A DNA stretch of 64,000 nt from Paraspadella gotoi (GCA_051294375.1 CM119270.1:18226110-18290109); one strand, 5' to 3'; numbered from the stretch's first letter, positions 1 through 13,354 are shown. The notes: generated from the sequence alone by a model not told the origin. A program made the numbers and translations.

Positions 1-3000
1 TACTATGGGGTGGAGAGGGATGTTGAGGGGGTAGAGGGAAATGTTGATGACTTAAAGATGGGTGTTAACGGGTGTTTCGGGGAGTAGACATAGGGTGTTA
101 AGGGGATATCGGGTGTTGGAGATTGGAGAAGGGTGTCGAGGAGACAAAGGTGGGGGTGTCGAGGGGCTGATACGTAAGGGGAATGAAATGGGGGGTGCTC
201 AAGCGCCGCCGGACCACCAAAGGTCGGGCCCTCTTTTCTCGGGGCCATTTGGAACCGTGACTCGTAATCCGCTGGGCGTTTTATTCCATCCCCGGGTCGC
301 AGCTTCCAATCCCTTTTCATTTCATTTCTTTTCCGCGGATGGGATACGATGGCGACGGATGGCATCCGATGGCATTTAATGGCATCCGAGGGCATTTAAT
401 GTCATCCGCTGGCATCTGATGGCGGCAGAAATAGCAGCAATGAAATTTTATGCCATATTTCGGTCTAGCCGATGGCATTTATCCGTGTAATCTCTTTTTT
501 TTTATGCTTTAGTTTAGCCATTTTTTTTTTCGTCCATTTATGGGCCATTTCTGTTGCCCGGCGATAAGTTTCGCTCGTTATTGCGTTTGGCTCCTGACTC
601 CGTCGGAGATTTGGCCTGTAATTAGTTGGCCTGATAAACAAAGGAATTAGAAATAAAAAAATGATTTTAATCGCATTGAAAATTAAATAGTGAGACGAGT
701 TATTAAACGGATATAAAAATTTAAAAATTAAAATCCGGAAAAAAAAATATTGAAAAGAAAAAAATGGAAAATCTAAACAAGAAATAAGGGGAAAAAATGA
801 AACCTCGCTACCCAATGACGTCATACACCGGTCCGCCGCAGGCGCCGCCGAGATGCCGCCGCCGCCGCCGCCGGTCAAAAGGCAGATTTTTTTTTATCAA
901 AGGCTGCGGCTTGAGGAAAGGANNNNNNNNNNTTTAGGTTTAATAATTAGGTTAGGGGTTAAGGATCGGGATTTAGTTTTAATTAAGTTAGGGATTGAGG
1001 TTAGTGATTAAGTATTGAAATCAGGGATCGGGGTTAACCCTGGGAAAAAAGATAAGACCGAGATATAAAGAGTTAAAATCAAATGAAATCGGTACAACCA
1101 ATATTAAAATTATCCATTCATTTAATAAATAAGCTATCTTGCCCCTGACTTTGGAAGTTTAAGGCCTCCATCACTCTTACAAGATAATGACAATGCAAGC
1201 TTTTAATCAAGACTCTCTCACAGTCTCGTTTATTCACTCCCAGAGTACCTGGCTTCCCTATCAATGAATTGGTATGATATTTCAAAGAATGTTTCAATTG
1301 TATGAAAAGACCACTCCCTTAAGTATTAGATAGAGGAATACTTATTGTACTCCGCACTAGCATCAAAATACAAAGAGCTGAATTTTATAAAATTGGTACA
1401 ATTAAAATTTAAATTTAAAATCAAATTTAAGTGTTAGGAATCTAACGCTCTCCAATCTCTAATCTCTTAACCTAATCTCTTAATCCTAATCTATATCCTA
1501 ATCCCTATAGATCGTAGTATTTATATTACAGTTACTAAGTATAGTTATATACGCCATCGATGTCGCATCCTTTTTCCTCTTTTATCGAATCACGAACCGC
1601 CCCCCCCGAAATTTGAGATGATTGGTTGCACATTAGAGGAGATATCGTAGATGTATACTGCAGATGGGATAGTTCTCGAGGGGCAGCAACACGTGTCCCG
1701 ATAACATTGGTTAAGAACAAGGCAAAAAATGGTGCCATGAAAATTTTTGAGTGCTAAAATCTCTCTTTATTTGACCTTTGAATGTAAAGACGGACTAAGT
1801 GAAAGCTTGCGAAACTCTGATGCTCTGGTCAGCTTTTTCCCGTACTACAGAACTTGAGCCTGGAGTAAGAGAGTTCACGATAAATAAATTGAGAACTTTC
1901 GGGGGAACAATCTTAAGACCGGTCGAATAAAGAAAAGAGAAAATATAAATTAAACAATTTTCAAATGAAAGTTGCATCACTTTTGGTGGGTCATTTTCAC
2001 CGTCACACGACATAAAATAAGATATGAGGGAAAAGTAGAGTGAGGTAAAATCCGGGTACCTGATCTGGGTGTAAAAAAAATGAATAGAACTAATAGGAGG
2101 GGGCTATGCGCGATTTTTTTGGGACGTAACTCATGAAGAATAATGTGCGGACAAGGGCATGAGGCCCAGTGAGGGAAATAGGTGGCCACAGGAAACCAAA
2201 CCTCAAAACGCATTAAATAAAGAAAACAAAATTTTTCCTAAAAATTGAAGCATTCTGTATCTAATAGCCATACGAGTCGCATCCTTACACTCTCATTATA
2301 AATCAGAACCGCCCCCCTCTCCTATAGCTGCCCACCCCGCAACAAAAAAAAGCTCTTTCCTCTTCAACGAAAATCGTCTGAAAATCACTTTTTCCGCCAC
2401 AGGAGGTCGCGGGAGAGGGAGGCGGGAGTGGGGCGTGTAGAGGGGGGCTAGAAGAGGGGTGTTAAGGTTCTTAAGGGGGTGAAGAGAGGGCTGTTGACAG
2501 AGGGTGGAGAGGGGCTGGTGAGGGGGCGGACGGGGATTTAGTGGGGGAAGAGGGATACTATGGGGTGGAGAGGGATTTGAGGGGGTAAGAGGGAAATGTT
2601 TTGATGACTTAAAGATGGGTGTTAACGGGTGTTTCGGAGAGATAGACATAGGGTGTTAAGGGGATATCGGTGGTTGGAGATTGGAGAAGGGTGTCGAGGA
2701 GACAAAGGTGGGGGTGTCGAGGGCTGTATACGTAAGGGGAATGAAATGGGGGGTGCTCAAGCGCCCGCGGGACCACCAAAGGTCGGGCCCACTCGTTTTT
2801 CCGGGCCATTTGCGAACCGTGACTCGTAATCCGGCTGGGCGCGTTTTATTCATCCCCGGGTGCGAGCTTCCAATCCCTTTTCATTTCATTTCTTTTCCGC
2901 GGATGGATACGACTGCGACGCATGGCATCCGATGAGCATTTAAGGCATCCGAGGCATCTTATATGTCATCCGCGTGCGATCTGATGGCGGCAGAAATAGC

Positions 3001-4185
3001 GCAATGAAATTTTTATGCCATATTTCGGTCTAGCCGATGGCATTTATTCCGTGTAATCTCTTTTTTATTATGCTTTATGTTCCATTTTTGTTTTCGTCCA
3101 TTTATGGGCCATTTCTGTTGCCCCGGCGATAAGTTTCCGCTCGTTATTGCGCGTTTGGCTCCTGACTCCGTCGGAGATTTTGGCCCTGTAAATTAGTTGG
3201 CCTGATAAAACAAAGGAATTAGAAATAAAAAATGATTTTAATCGCATTGAAAATTAAATAGTGAGACGAGTTATTAAACGGATATAAAAAATTTAAAAAT
3301 TAAAATCCGGAAAGAAACACTTAACAAGTTAGATAGTTTCGATTAGAATCGCTCGGAAATCGATGAGAAGATACTGAATAATCATCAAAATAGGATGGCA
3401 TTCGTAGTGGAAGATAAAGGTAGGATCAGTGGTGACAGAATGCATCATACTAATACACCAGTCGTAGGTCGCTCACACTTGTAGCGCGAAACTCAGATAA
3501 TGAGTGAAAGTTATACTTGTAATGGCGGGATCAGGTCGGAAGAGGGATGATTGATAACTGAGGTTAAGTGGGGAAAAGAAGAATGAAACCCTCGCTACCC
3601 GCAGGCCGCGACGCAATGTAAGCTGTCATGACAACCTGGTCCGGCAGCCCCGACCGCACACAAGGCGCCGGCCGAGATGGCCTGCGCCGCGTGNNNNNNN
3701 NNNNNNNNNNNNNNNNNNCATCGCCCCCCCAACAAAAAAGACTCTTTCCTCTTTCAACGAAAATCGTCTGAAAATCACTTTTTACCGCCACAGGAGGTCG
3801 CGGGAGAGGGAGGAGGCGGGAGTGGGGGTGTAGAGGGGAGGCTAGAGAAGAGGGTGTTAAGGTCTTAAGGGGTGAAGAGGGGCTGTTGAGAAGGGTGGAG
3901 AGGGGCTGGTGAGGGGGCGGACGGGGATTTAGTGGGGGAAGAGGGATACTATGGGGTGGAGGAGGGATGTGTGAGGGGGTAAGAGGGAAATGTTGATCGA
4001 CTTAAAAGATGGGTGTTAACGGGGGTGTTTCGGAGGAGTAAGACATAGGGTGTATAAAGGGGATATCCGGTGTTGGAGGATTGGACGAAGGGTGTCGAGG
4101 AGACTAAAAGGTGGGGGTGTGGCCGCCGCCGCCGGTCAAAAGGGAGATTTTTTTTTATCAAAGGCTTCGGCTTGAGGAAAGGAGC
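1..4185 (+). repeat. Block present three times: 1-922, ~2330-3312 (with degraded 3575-3693) and 3719-4185
   Basis: tactatggggtggagaggga occurs at 1, 2556 and 3947. The upstream part aacaaaaaa..ctctttcctct..caacgaaaatcgtctgaaaatcac occurs at 2341 and 3731. ccgccgccggtcaaaa..agatttttttttatcaaaggct occurs at ~865 and ~4126. Confidence 0.9.
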
Positions 4186-4477
4186 GTTGGGTGAGGAAAG
4201 GGAGAAGTTTAGCGATTTGATGAGTGAGTGGACACGAAGAAAAGATTAAAGTAAAGCGACTGGGCGTTGAGAGAATCGGGAAGGAGAAATATCCTTTGGT
4301 ACTCAAATGTTACTCGGTCACTGTATGTAAGTCATTAACGGTGACACGGACCACAGTGAGAATTTTGACCGAAGCCAAAGTCGAGGTCGAAGTGAGAGCG
4401 AAGTGATTTTCTCCCGAAAAGAGTGGAACCCATTTTTGTTGCAAGTTCCATTTTTATTGGTGACTCAATGATTCGGG

Positions 4478-4565
4478 AAGTTAGTGGTCAGTCGTGGTTA
4501 TGATGTCCTGGGGGGTTAGTGGTCAGTTAGTGGTCAGTCGTGGTTATGATGTCCGGGGGGGGGGG
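4478..4565 (+). repeat. ~46-bp tandem duplication (AGTTAGTGGTCAGTCGTGGTTATGATGTCC + G-run)
   Basis: Two near-identical copies read directly. Confidence 0.8.
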
Positions 4566-4834
4566 TTCAAAGTTCGTGTTTTTTCTGTGGTCGTTGTTGC
4601 GTCCGCGTCTGGCTCGCAATATCCACGCCTCCTTTGCCTCCAAAGAAAATCTCCATCGTGAAGAATAAAAAAACCCGGATGTTGAGCTTAAATCAACGAA
4701 GGCCGGATATTCAACGAGGCGGCGACATCGATGAAACAACAACCAAAAAGAATATTTATTAAAACAATATACGTGGATGTTGGTTCGTAGATTTAGCCAA
4801 AAAAAAACTAAAGCAAAACCGTCTTCAACTGCAG

Positions 4835-4940
4835 AATCTGCGGATGCAAGAGGATCTCACCAAGAGAAAATGTGAGAGGGATGGACGCCTTCACCCAGAA
4901 TATCCTGTCCAAAGTCAAGGGCAAGATATTTATTGAATGA
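4835..4940 (+). CDS. Possible terminal exon of an unidentified upstream gene
   Basis: cttcaactgcag|A ATC TGC GGA TGC... gives ICGCKRISPRENVRGMDAFTQNILSKVKGKIFIE*. The C/G-ending codon bias resembles the innexin exons. No recognisable domain. Confidence 0.22.
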
Positions 4941-4974
4941 ATGTAAAGAGTTTATATTGTATGTACCAATTTAA

Positions 4975-5200
4975 TAGACTATTTCGCTGACGGAAAATGT
5001 TAGGAAAACGATTTCATTTTAAGCAAATGTGAGTGAGATTATTTCACTAATAGCAAATGAGAAACCGTTTCAGCTTCAACAAATGTTAAAAAGACTATTT
5101 TACCAACAGGAAAAGTAAGAGAGACTATTTTACTAACCGGAAAAGAGAGAGGAAACTATTTTACCAACAGCAAAAGTCACTAAAAGACTATTTTACCAAA
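4975..5200 (+). repeat. Diverged ~30-33 bp tandem repeat (GACTATTTTACCAACAGGAAAAG...)
   Basis: (G/A)ACTATTTTAC recurs at about 5093, 5123, 5154 and 5186, with more degenerate units upstream. Confidence 0.7.
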
Positions 5201-5998
5201 AGAGAAGAAAAAGAAGAAGGGAGGAAATATATTATATCTGGTGGGAGAGAAAAAAAAATGTCGGGGAAAAAAAAAAAGTTTCGAGGGAAAAATCTGTGAC
5301 GTCATTGAAGATCGATCGACTCAGAGCCAAAAGCAGGAAGAGTGGGAAGGACAGTAAGAAATGGAGGAGGGAGGGGAGGAAGGAGAAGAAGGAGAGGAGG
5401 GAGGAGAATGCGGCAGACGGGGCGGAGAGGATACGAGAGAGATTGAAAGAAGGAGGAGACGAGGGAGAGGAGGGGAGGGAGGAGAGAGAAAAATAAGACG
5501 GACGGAAAGGAGGAGGGAGGGAGAAGAGGAAGAATACGGGCAAGAGAAAAAGGGGGAGGGATGCGCGCGATAAGAGGATGAAATAAGAAAAAGCAGCCAA
5601 AGGAGAGGGAGCGAAAACGATGAGATAACTGCGGGGAAGTAGAAAGGGGAGGGAGATATAGAAAAAGAAAAAACTGGAACTTGGCTAACAAGACTCGGTC
5701 CTTAAGTTCTTGTCGTTGTTATCCTCGTGATTGTTGCCAAGTGGGTGTCTTTGTGGTTGTTGCCCTGTGGTTGTCTTGTCGTTGTCTTCGTGGTTGTCGG
5801 CCTCCGGTTGTCATTGCAATTGTCTTTGCGTTATTTTCTCTGTGGTTGTCTTCGTGGTCGCATCGGGAATTTGATATTCTCGAGACGAAATTCGCTCGTT
5901 AAAAGTTTCCGGTGTTGTTGTTATAGTTATTGTTGTTGTTGTTATAGTTCTGCTCCAGAATCTCGACACCGAGGATGTTTTACTGTTGTTTTTCCATG

Positions 5999-6029
<31 letters not shown>

Positions 6030-6761
6030 TCGTCGTCGNNNNNNNNNNNNNNNNNNNNNNNNNNNNNNNNNNNNNNNNNNNNNNNNNNNNNNNNNNNNNN
6101 NTAGTTTTTGTTTTTTTGACGACAAATAAATGTGAGATTTTTTTTTTCTTCTCTCTATCATAACTTGTTGGTGACGTCGTTCCAGAAACTCGTAAATCTC
6201 CAAGGTTGAAAGTTGTTGTTTTCATTGTCTTCCCTATAAATCTCGGAGAAAAAGGGACGTCTTCGTCGTCGTCGCCGTCAGGTTTCGTCCGGAATCGATT
6301 CTTTCCTCTGTTCTACAGACACGTCGTTGGACTGATAGACGGACAGACAGACAAATGAATGAACAGACGGTGTTAAACCAGGTCTTACTCTCTTTCTTCT
6401 CTCTCTCTCTCTCTCTCNNNNNNNNNNNNNNNNNNNNNNNNNNNNNNNNNNNNNNNNNNNNNNNNNNNNNNNNNNNNNNNNNNNNNNNNNNNNNNNNNNN
6501 NNNNNNNNNNNNNNNNNNNNNNNNNNNNNNNNNNNNNNNNNNNNCTCTCTCTCTCTCTCTCGTTAAATATTAAGTATTAAATATTTAATATCGAAAAATC
6601 GATGGTTCCGTATCTCAAGTCGCTGAAGCCAACGACTGTAAATGACGTAAGACCTCCAAGGTTTTTCGTGGAGATTGCTCTCCCTGAGGTACTTGCTCTA
6701 CTTTTAGATTCTTCTTTTCTTGTCTACAGTTTTTTTACAATCGCTTTTAAATTTATAGCAG

Positions 6762-6860
6762 ATGCTTTACAAAATGCTTTAAAATGCTTTAAAATGCTTT
6801 AAATTGCTTTAAAATGCTTTAAAATGCTTTAAACTGCTTTTAAATGCTTTATAATTCTTT
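6762..6860 (+). repeat. 10-bp tandem repeat (AAAATGCTTT)n
   Basis: About 9 units with few mismatches. Confidence 0.9.
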
Positions 6861-7078
6861 AAAAAAGCCTACCAGCGGTCAAACCGAAGGCCTTTTTTTT
6901 CATTTCCTCCTTGATTCGCGGTTTTTACGTAAGAGAAACGGAATGTTGTTGTTGTTGTTGTTGCTGTAATAGGTTTTGGTCTTTGTTGTTGTCGTCGTTG
7001 TCGTCGTTGTTATTATCGCTCCCGTGTTTGCTTTTTCGCGCACCGGTGGTTCCCTTTTTTCGCTTGCTCTCCTAACCG

Positions 7079-7189
<111 letters not shown>

Positions 7190-7722
7190 TTTAACTTATT
7201 TTAGCTCACGACTCTTTCTCACATTTTTACTCCCTCTTCCTCCTTCCTTCTCTCTCTCCTTTCCTCTCTCCCCCTTCCCCTTTTCCCTCTCTCCCTCTCT
7301 CTCTCTCTCCCCCTCTCTCTCAACCTCTCTCTCCCACCGCCAACCGGAAATTCCATTTGTTTTTCCTCAGGTTTTCGCGTTTCCCTTTGACTTTGAGCCG
7401 AAGTCAAGAAAACTGGAATGAGGAGGAAAATGAAAAAAAAATGGGAAGAAATGAAAAAATGAAAAATGAGTCGAAAAATATAAACAAAAATCATAAAATA
7501 AAAAAAATAGAAATAGAAATAAAAAAAAAGAAACAAAAAGAAATATTTAAAAAAAGTAATTAAAAAATAAGAGAAAATTTAAACGAACAAATTTAAAAGA
7601 TTAAAATCAAAAAGAAACATAACAAAGCAAAAAAAATGTAAAAATTCACTTACATTAAAAAATGAATATTAAATTTAAACGAGACTCGGCGAGACTCAGC
7701 GATTTCCACGTGGTATTATCGC

Positions 7723-7802
7723 TTGAGAACCCGCACGGGTTGTTTGCAGCCGCTCGGGCTGTTGAGAACCCGCACGGGTTGTTTGCAGCCACTCGGGCTG
7801 TT
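7723..7802 (+). repeat. 39-bp tandem duplication with internal inverted repeats
   Basis: TTGAGAACCCGCACGGGTTGTTTGCAGCC(G/A)CTCGGGCTG twice, one mismatch. Confidence 0.85.
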
Positions 7803-7911
7803 AGAGGAGGCTTTTCATTTCGTCCCACGAGATTCGTTTCTCTTTTCATCAAAAATGAAATTTGATGAAATTCGTCGTCGTCTTTTTTTGATTAGAATCA
7901 TAGGGAAAAGA

Positions 7912-8035
7912 CTTTCTTTTCTTTTCTTTTCTTTTCTTTTCCTTTCCTTTCCTTTCCTTTCCTTTCCTTTCCTTTCCTTTCCTTTCCTTTCCTTTCCTTT
8001 CCTTTCTTTTCTTTTCTTTTCTTTTCTTTTCTTTT
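7912..8035. repeat. (TTTCC)n/(TTTTC)n pentanucleotide microsatellite (also 12289-12375)
   Basis: Read directly from the sequence. Confidence 0.93.
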
Positions 8036-9059
8036 TCATAGCTAATCTCTTCTTCTTTTTTTTGCTTTTTTTTTTCTTATTTTTATCTCGCTTTTTTTTC
8101 CTTTTAACCTTTTTTTATATTTTATCTTTAATTTTTCTTCCTTTTGTTTTCTCAACCTTTGCTTTTCTTTTTTATTTCTGCTTTTCTGTTTACACGAAGA
8201 TCTTTTGTTTGCTCGAATCTTTTCTCTCGTTTGACTATTTTTATTTTCCATCTTTTGTTTTTTTGCGGATTTAATTTCTTTTATGAATTTAAGAAAATAA
8301 CATANNNNNNNNNNNNNNNNNNNNNNNNNNNNNNNNNNNNNNNNNNNNNNNNNNNNNNNNNNNNNNNNNNNNNNNNNNNNNNNNNNNNNNNNNNNNNNNN
8401 NNNNNNNNNNNNNNNNNNNNNNNNNNNNNNNNNNNNNNNNNNNNNNNNNNNNNNNNNNNNNNNNNNNNNNNNNNNNNNNNNNNNNNNNNNNNNNNNNNNN
8501 NNNNNNNNNNNNNNNNNNNNNNNNNNNNNNNNNNNNNNNNNNNNNNNNNNNNNNNNNNNNNNNNNNCACAATCCCGAACCTTACCGTTTTTCTTTTCTTC
8601 TCTCAAGTTTCCTCTGACCCTAAATGACCCGTGGTTTTTCATCTCTCGTCTCTGACCCGACTTACTCACCCTTCCNNNNNNNNNNNNNNNNNNNNNNNNN
8701 NNNNNNNNNNNNNNNNNNNNNNNNNNNNNNNNNNNNNNNNNNNNNNNNNNNNNNNNNNNNNNNNNNNNNNNNNNNNNNNNNNNNNNNNNNNNNNNNNNNN
8801 NNNNNNNNNNNNNNNNNNNNNNNNNNNNNNNNNNNNNNNNNNNNNNNNNNNNNNNNNNNNNNNACGACTTCTGCTGCCGCCGCTGCAGCCGCTTTCGACG
8901 TCTTTGTCGTAGCCAGAAGACAGAAGAGGCTTTTTGGGATGTTAAGCCTCTCGCTTAACTGAAATTGTCGTCGTCGTCGTCGTCGTCAGTCGTCGTCGTT
9001 TTCGTCGTCGTCATCGTCGTCTGTTTTTCTGCTGTTTTTGATTCGAAGAAAACAACATC

Positions 9060-9114
9060 ATTGATGACGAGGACGACGACAACGACGACTAAAAATCAAC
9101 AACAAAGACGACAA

Positions 9115-9147
<33 letters not shown>

Positions 9148-9345
9148 GGCTGATTGCGATTTACAACAGAATCGACGCCAATCGTTGACGATGACGGGTA
9201 AGACGACGACGACGACGACGAAGATGATGATGATGACGACGACGACCACGACCACGACGACGACGTCGACGAAGACGAAGACGACGACGACCACGACGAA
9301 GAAGACGACGACGAAGACGACGACGACGAAGATGATGATGACGAC
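9060..9345. repeat. (GAC/GAT/CAA)n imperfect trinucleotide tract (also 14375-14545, 14800-14990, 59860-59995, 63695-63890)
   Basis: Read directly from the sequence; these tracts produce the spurious poly-T/V/R/D ORFs. Confidence 0.92.
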
Positions 9346-10648
9346 GGGATTAATCGCCTTTGACTTACTTTCGATGATTTTTGATCAAAAACCTTTTTTT
9401 CGGAGAGGAGGAGGAAGAGGAGGAAGAGGAGGAAGAGGATGAGGAGGAAGAGAAGGAGTATCTCTCTCTCTCTCTTTATCTCCCTCTGTTTCTTTTTTTC
9501 CCCTCAATTTCGATTTCAATTCGTTCCTTATTAGATTTTTTTTTCTTGTTTTTTCTTGTTTTTTTTTTCTGTTTTCCGTTTTGTTTTTGTTTCCTTCTTT
9601 TTCTCTTCTTTTCTCTCCTTTCCTCTCCCGTTGGTGTTGACTCTTCGCTGAATCAGTCGTCATCGTCTGAACATCTCAACGTCAGCGACGATTCCTTTTA
9701 ATGAAGTTAAAAGCTCTAAGCATCAAACGCCTTTAGACTTAGGACTTTAGACTTTAGACTTTAGACTCAAGAATTTGGACCTGAGACTTTNNNNNNNNNN
9801 NNNNNNNNNNNNNNNNNNNNNNNNNNNNNNNNNNNNNNNNNNNNNNNNNNNNNNNNNNNNNNNNNNNNNNNNNNNNNNNNNNNNNNNNNNNNNNNNNNNN
9901 NNNNNNNNNNNNNNNNNNNNNNNNNNNNNNNNNNNNNNNNNNNNNNNNNNNNNNNNNNNNNNNNNNNNNNNNNNNNNNNNNNNNNNNNNNNNNNNNNNNN
10001 NNNNNNNNNNNNNNNNNNNNNNNNNNNNNNNNNNNNNNNNNNNNNNNNNNNNNNNNNNNNNNNNNNNNNNNNNTGGCAAGGATGGCCGGACTTTAAATGG
10101 CAGATCGGGAGAGGAGGAAAAGGAGGAGGGAGGAAAGGAGGAAAGGAGGAGGAAAGAGGAAAGGGAGGATGAGGAAGAGGGAGGAAAGGAGGAGGAAAGG
10201 AGGAAAGGGAGGATTAGGAAGAGGAAATGGGAGGAAGGAGGAAAGGGGAGGAAAGAAGTAACGATAGGAAGGAGAGGAAAGAGGAAGAAGGAGGAAAGCG
10301 AGGATGAGTAAGGGGAGGAAATGAGGAAAGAGAAAAGAGGAAACAAAAGACAAAAACGGAGTTGTGGAAGAAAAAGAATGAAATGAAGAAGAGAAATATG
10401 AAAAAATGGCAGTTTAATGTAATCTATAACCTATAGCCTAACCTAAATTCCTAACTAAATCACTAACCCTAATCCCTAACCTAAAAAAAAACAAAAGGGA
10501 AAAAAATGGAAGAGGAGAAAAAAAGGAGAAAAGAAAAAAAGAAAGGAAGACGAAGGCGGATCATCTCCCGGTCTAAGTAGAAGAAAACGTAGAAAGGGAG
10601 GAATTGATTTCTAAGAAAAAGTAGAGAAAAAAAGGGGAAAAAGGGAAG

Positions 10649-10650
10649 GA

Positions 10651-10730
<80 letters not shown>

Positions 10731-10803
10731 AATCAAGAAAGAAACAAATAAATCAAGAAATCAAGAAATCAAGAAAGAAATCAGGAAGAAAGAAAGAAAT
10801 CAA

Positions 10804-10880
<77 letters not shown>
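10649..10880. repeat. (GAAA)n microsatellite (also 19790-19866, 34350-34430)
   Basis: Read directly from the sequence. Confidence 0.95.
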
Positions 10881-11939
10881 CAAAAAGAAAAAGTAAAGAA
10901 AGAAACGAGAAGAATGAAGATTCAAACCGAACTATTTGGACGAATGAGATGAAAAGCCAAAAAAATCGAAGACATGAAAAACGAAATGAGAGAAGGAAGA
11001 AAAAGAAATAAGAAAAAAAGAGCAATCGACGGACGAATGGACAGACATACAGACAATTGGATCGGGGAGATTTCTTATACATCTCGCGTTTTTAAATGAC
11101 AAAAAAAGTAAATTACAATTAATTATTACAGAAACACAAAGAAAGTTGGACAGACTGACAGAAAGATAGACAGACAGCCAGAGAGAGAACCACTTATAGT
11201 TAACCAGACCAACCAGACAGATAGCCAGACAGATCGACATTTATAACGAGATGGAGGTATTTACCGACAGACAGACAGACAGACATACCGACAGACAACC
11301 ATAAAGACAAGTGGACAATCTCTTAGACCGCCTGCTNNNNNNNNNNNNNNNNNNNNNNNNNNNNNNNNNNNNNNNNNNNNNNNNNNNNNNNNNNNNNNNN
11401 NNNNNNNNNNNNNNNNNNNNNNNNNNNNNNNNNNNNNNNNNNNNNNNNNNNNNNNNNNNNNNNNNNNNNNNNNNNNNNNNNNNNNNNNNNNNNNNNNNNN
11501 NNNNNNNNNNNNNNNNNNNNNNNNNNNNNNNNNNNNNNNNNNNNNNNNNNNNNNNNNNNNNNNNNNNNNNNNNNNNNNNNNNNNNNNNNNNNNNNNNNNN
11601 NNNNNNNNNNNNNNNNNNNNNNNNNNNNNNNNNNNNNNNNNNNNNNNNNNNNNNNNNNNNNNNNNNNNNNNNNNNNNNNNNNNNNNNNNNNNNNNNNNNN
11701 NNNNNNNNNNNNNNNNNNNNNNNNNNNNNNNNNNNNNNNNNNNNNNNNNNNNNNNNNNNNNNNNNNNNNNNNNNNNNNNNNNNNNNNNNNNNNNNNNNNN
11801 NNNNNNNNNNNNNNNNNNNNNAAGGTAATACTATAACATCTCTTCTCGATTTTCAAAGTAGTACAGCTCTTTCTTCCTCTCGTCTCTGCTCTCTCTGTTA
11901 CTCTCTCACTCTCTCTCTCTCTCTCTCTCTCTAGCTCTC

Positions 11940-11988
<49 letters not shown>

Positions 11989-12519
11989 ACTGTCTCATCC
12001 CATAAGTCGTTTGTTCCCATTCATCGAAAAACGCAGAAACCGATTCTCAACATTTTTTTTTCGCCTCCTCAGCTTTTAGATCTTCTTTATATCGTCGTTT
12101 TTAAGGTCGTCGTTGTCGTCGTCATTATCGTCGTCGTTATCGTCTTATTATTTTGTTTTTTATCGTTCGAATCGTTGTCTTATTGTGCCCACAAGATGAA
12201 ACAGTAGATAGCGAAATGAAACGAATAACGAAAGAATTGATGCTTTGTGACATTGATGTACTTTACATTTTACCTTTTTGTATTTCACTTTTCTTTTCTT
12301 TTCTTTTCTTTTCTTTTCTTTTCTTTTCTTTTCTTTTCTTTTCTTTTCTTTTCTTTTCTTTTCTTTTCTTTTCTTTTTTTCTTTTCTTTTCTTTTCTTTT
12401 TCCTTCCTCTTTCATCTCCTCTTATCTTATTCTTCCTATTCCTCACCTCCTTAATTTTCCTCCCTCTTTCCTCCTTTTCTACTCGTCTTAAATCCATGTT
12501 TTTAACTTTTTATTCCATT

Positions 12520-13062
12520 TCCCAATTTTCCCGATTCTCCTTTTCTCCTCCTAATTCCAACTCTTGTTTTTCCCCTTACCATCCTACGCCACATACTTCC
12601 CCTCATCCTCCCTTCCCTTCCTCCCTTCCCCCTTTCTTTTATTCCTCTCATTCTTTCCCCTTTTCCTCCCTTCCCCTTCCCCCATTTCCCCCTTTCCCCC
12701 TTTCTCTCGTTATTCCTCCTTTTACCTCCTTTCCACCTTCCTCCCTTCCCCCTTCCTATTATTCCTCCCATTCTTCCCCCCTTTTCCTCCCTTCCACCAT
12801 TCCTCCCTTTTTCCACCCCCCCTTCCTCCCTTTCCCCCTCCCTCTTTCCTATCATTCTTCCCCTTTTCCTTCCTTTCCTCCCTTCCTCCATTTCCTCTTA
12901 TTCCCCCATTCCTTCCCTTTTCCTCGCCCCTTCCTCTCTTCCCCTTATTCCTCCCATTCTTCCCCCTTTTTCCTCCCTTCCTCCCTTCCTCCCTTTCCTC
13001 TTTTTTCCCATATTCTTACCCCATTATTTTCCCTTCCTCCCTTCCTCCTTCTTCTCTTCCTC
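12520..13062. repeat. Polypyrimidine/polypurine low-complexity tract (similar tracts at 10110-10345, 24300-24735, 55080-55500)
   Basis: Strongly C/T-biased on one strand for more than 500 bp. Confidence 0.9.
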
Positions 13063-13354
13063 TCGTTGGTCATATCTCAGCCAAAAAGCAATTTGTTTCG
13101 GCCTCGTTAGTTTCTATGGACGATTCCACCGAGATGCCAAACAGATGCCGAGGAGATGCCGAAGAGATGCCGTGCGGATGCCGACCGGATGCTGAGGAGA
13201 TGCCAAGGGATCTCAGACCAGATGCGGCCGGTCAACGTCCGATATCAACAGATGCCAGGAGCTATTGAGCGTCAACCAAGGATGGCGGGCAAATCTTGAG
13301 AAAGATGCCGGGCGCGTTTTAATTTTATTTATCGGAGATTATCAGTATGTCTCA

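Noticed and set aside
1145-1320. Minus-strand LALSLSCKSDGGLKLP, resembling the GGLxLP motif downstream of non-LTR reverse transcriptases
   Set aside because: Only one short motif, with several in-frame stops upstream and no RT core motifs. It would need a BLASTX or Dfam hit.
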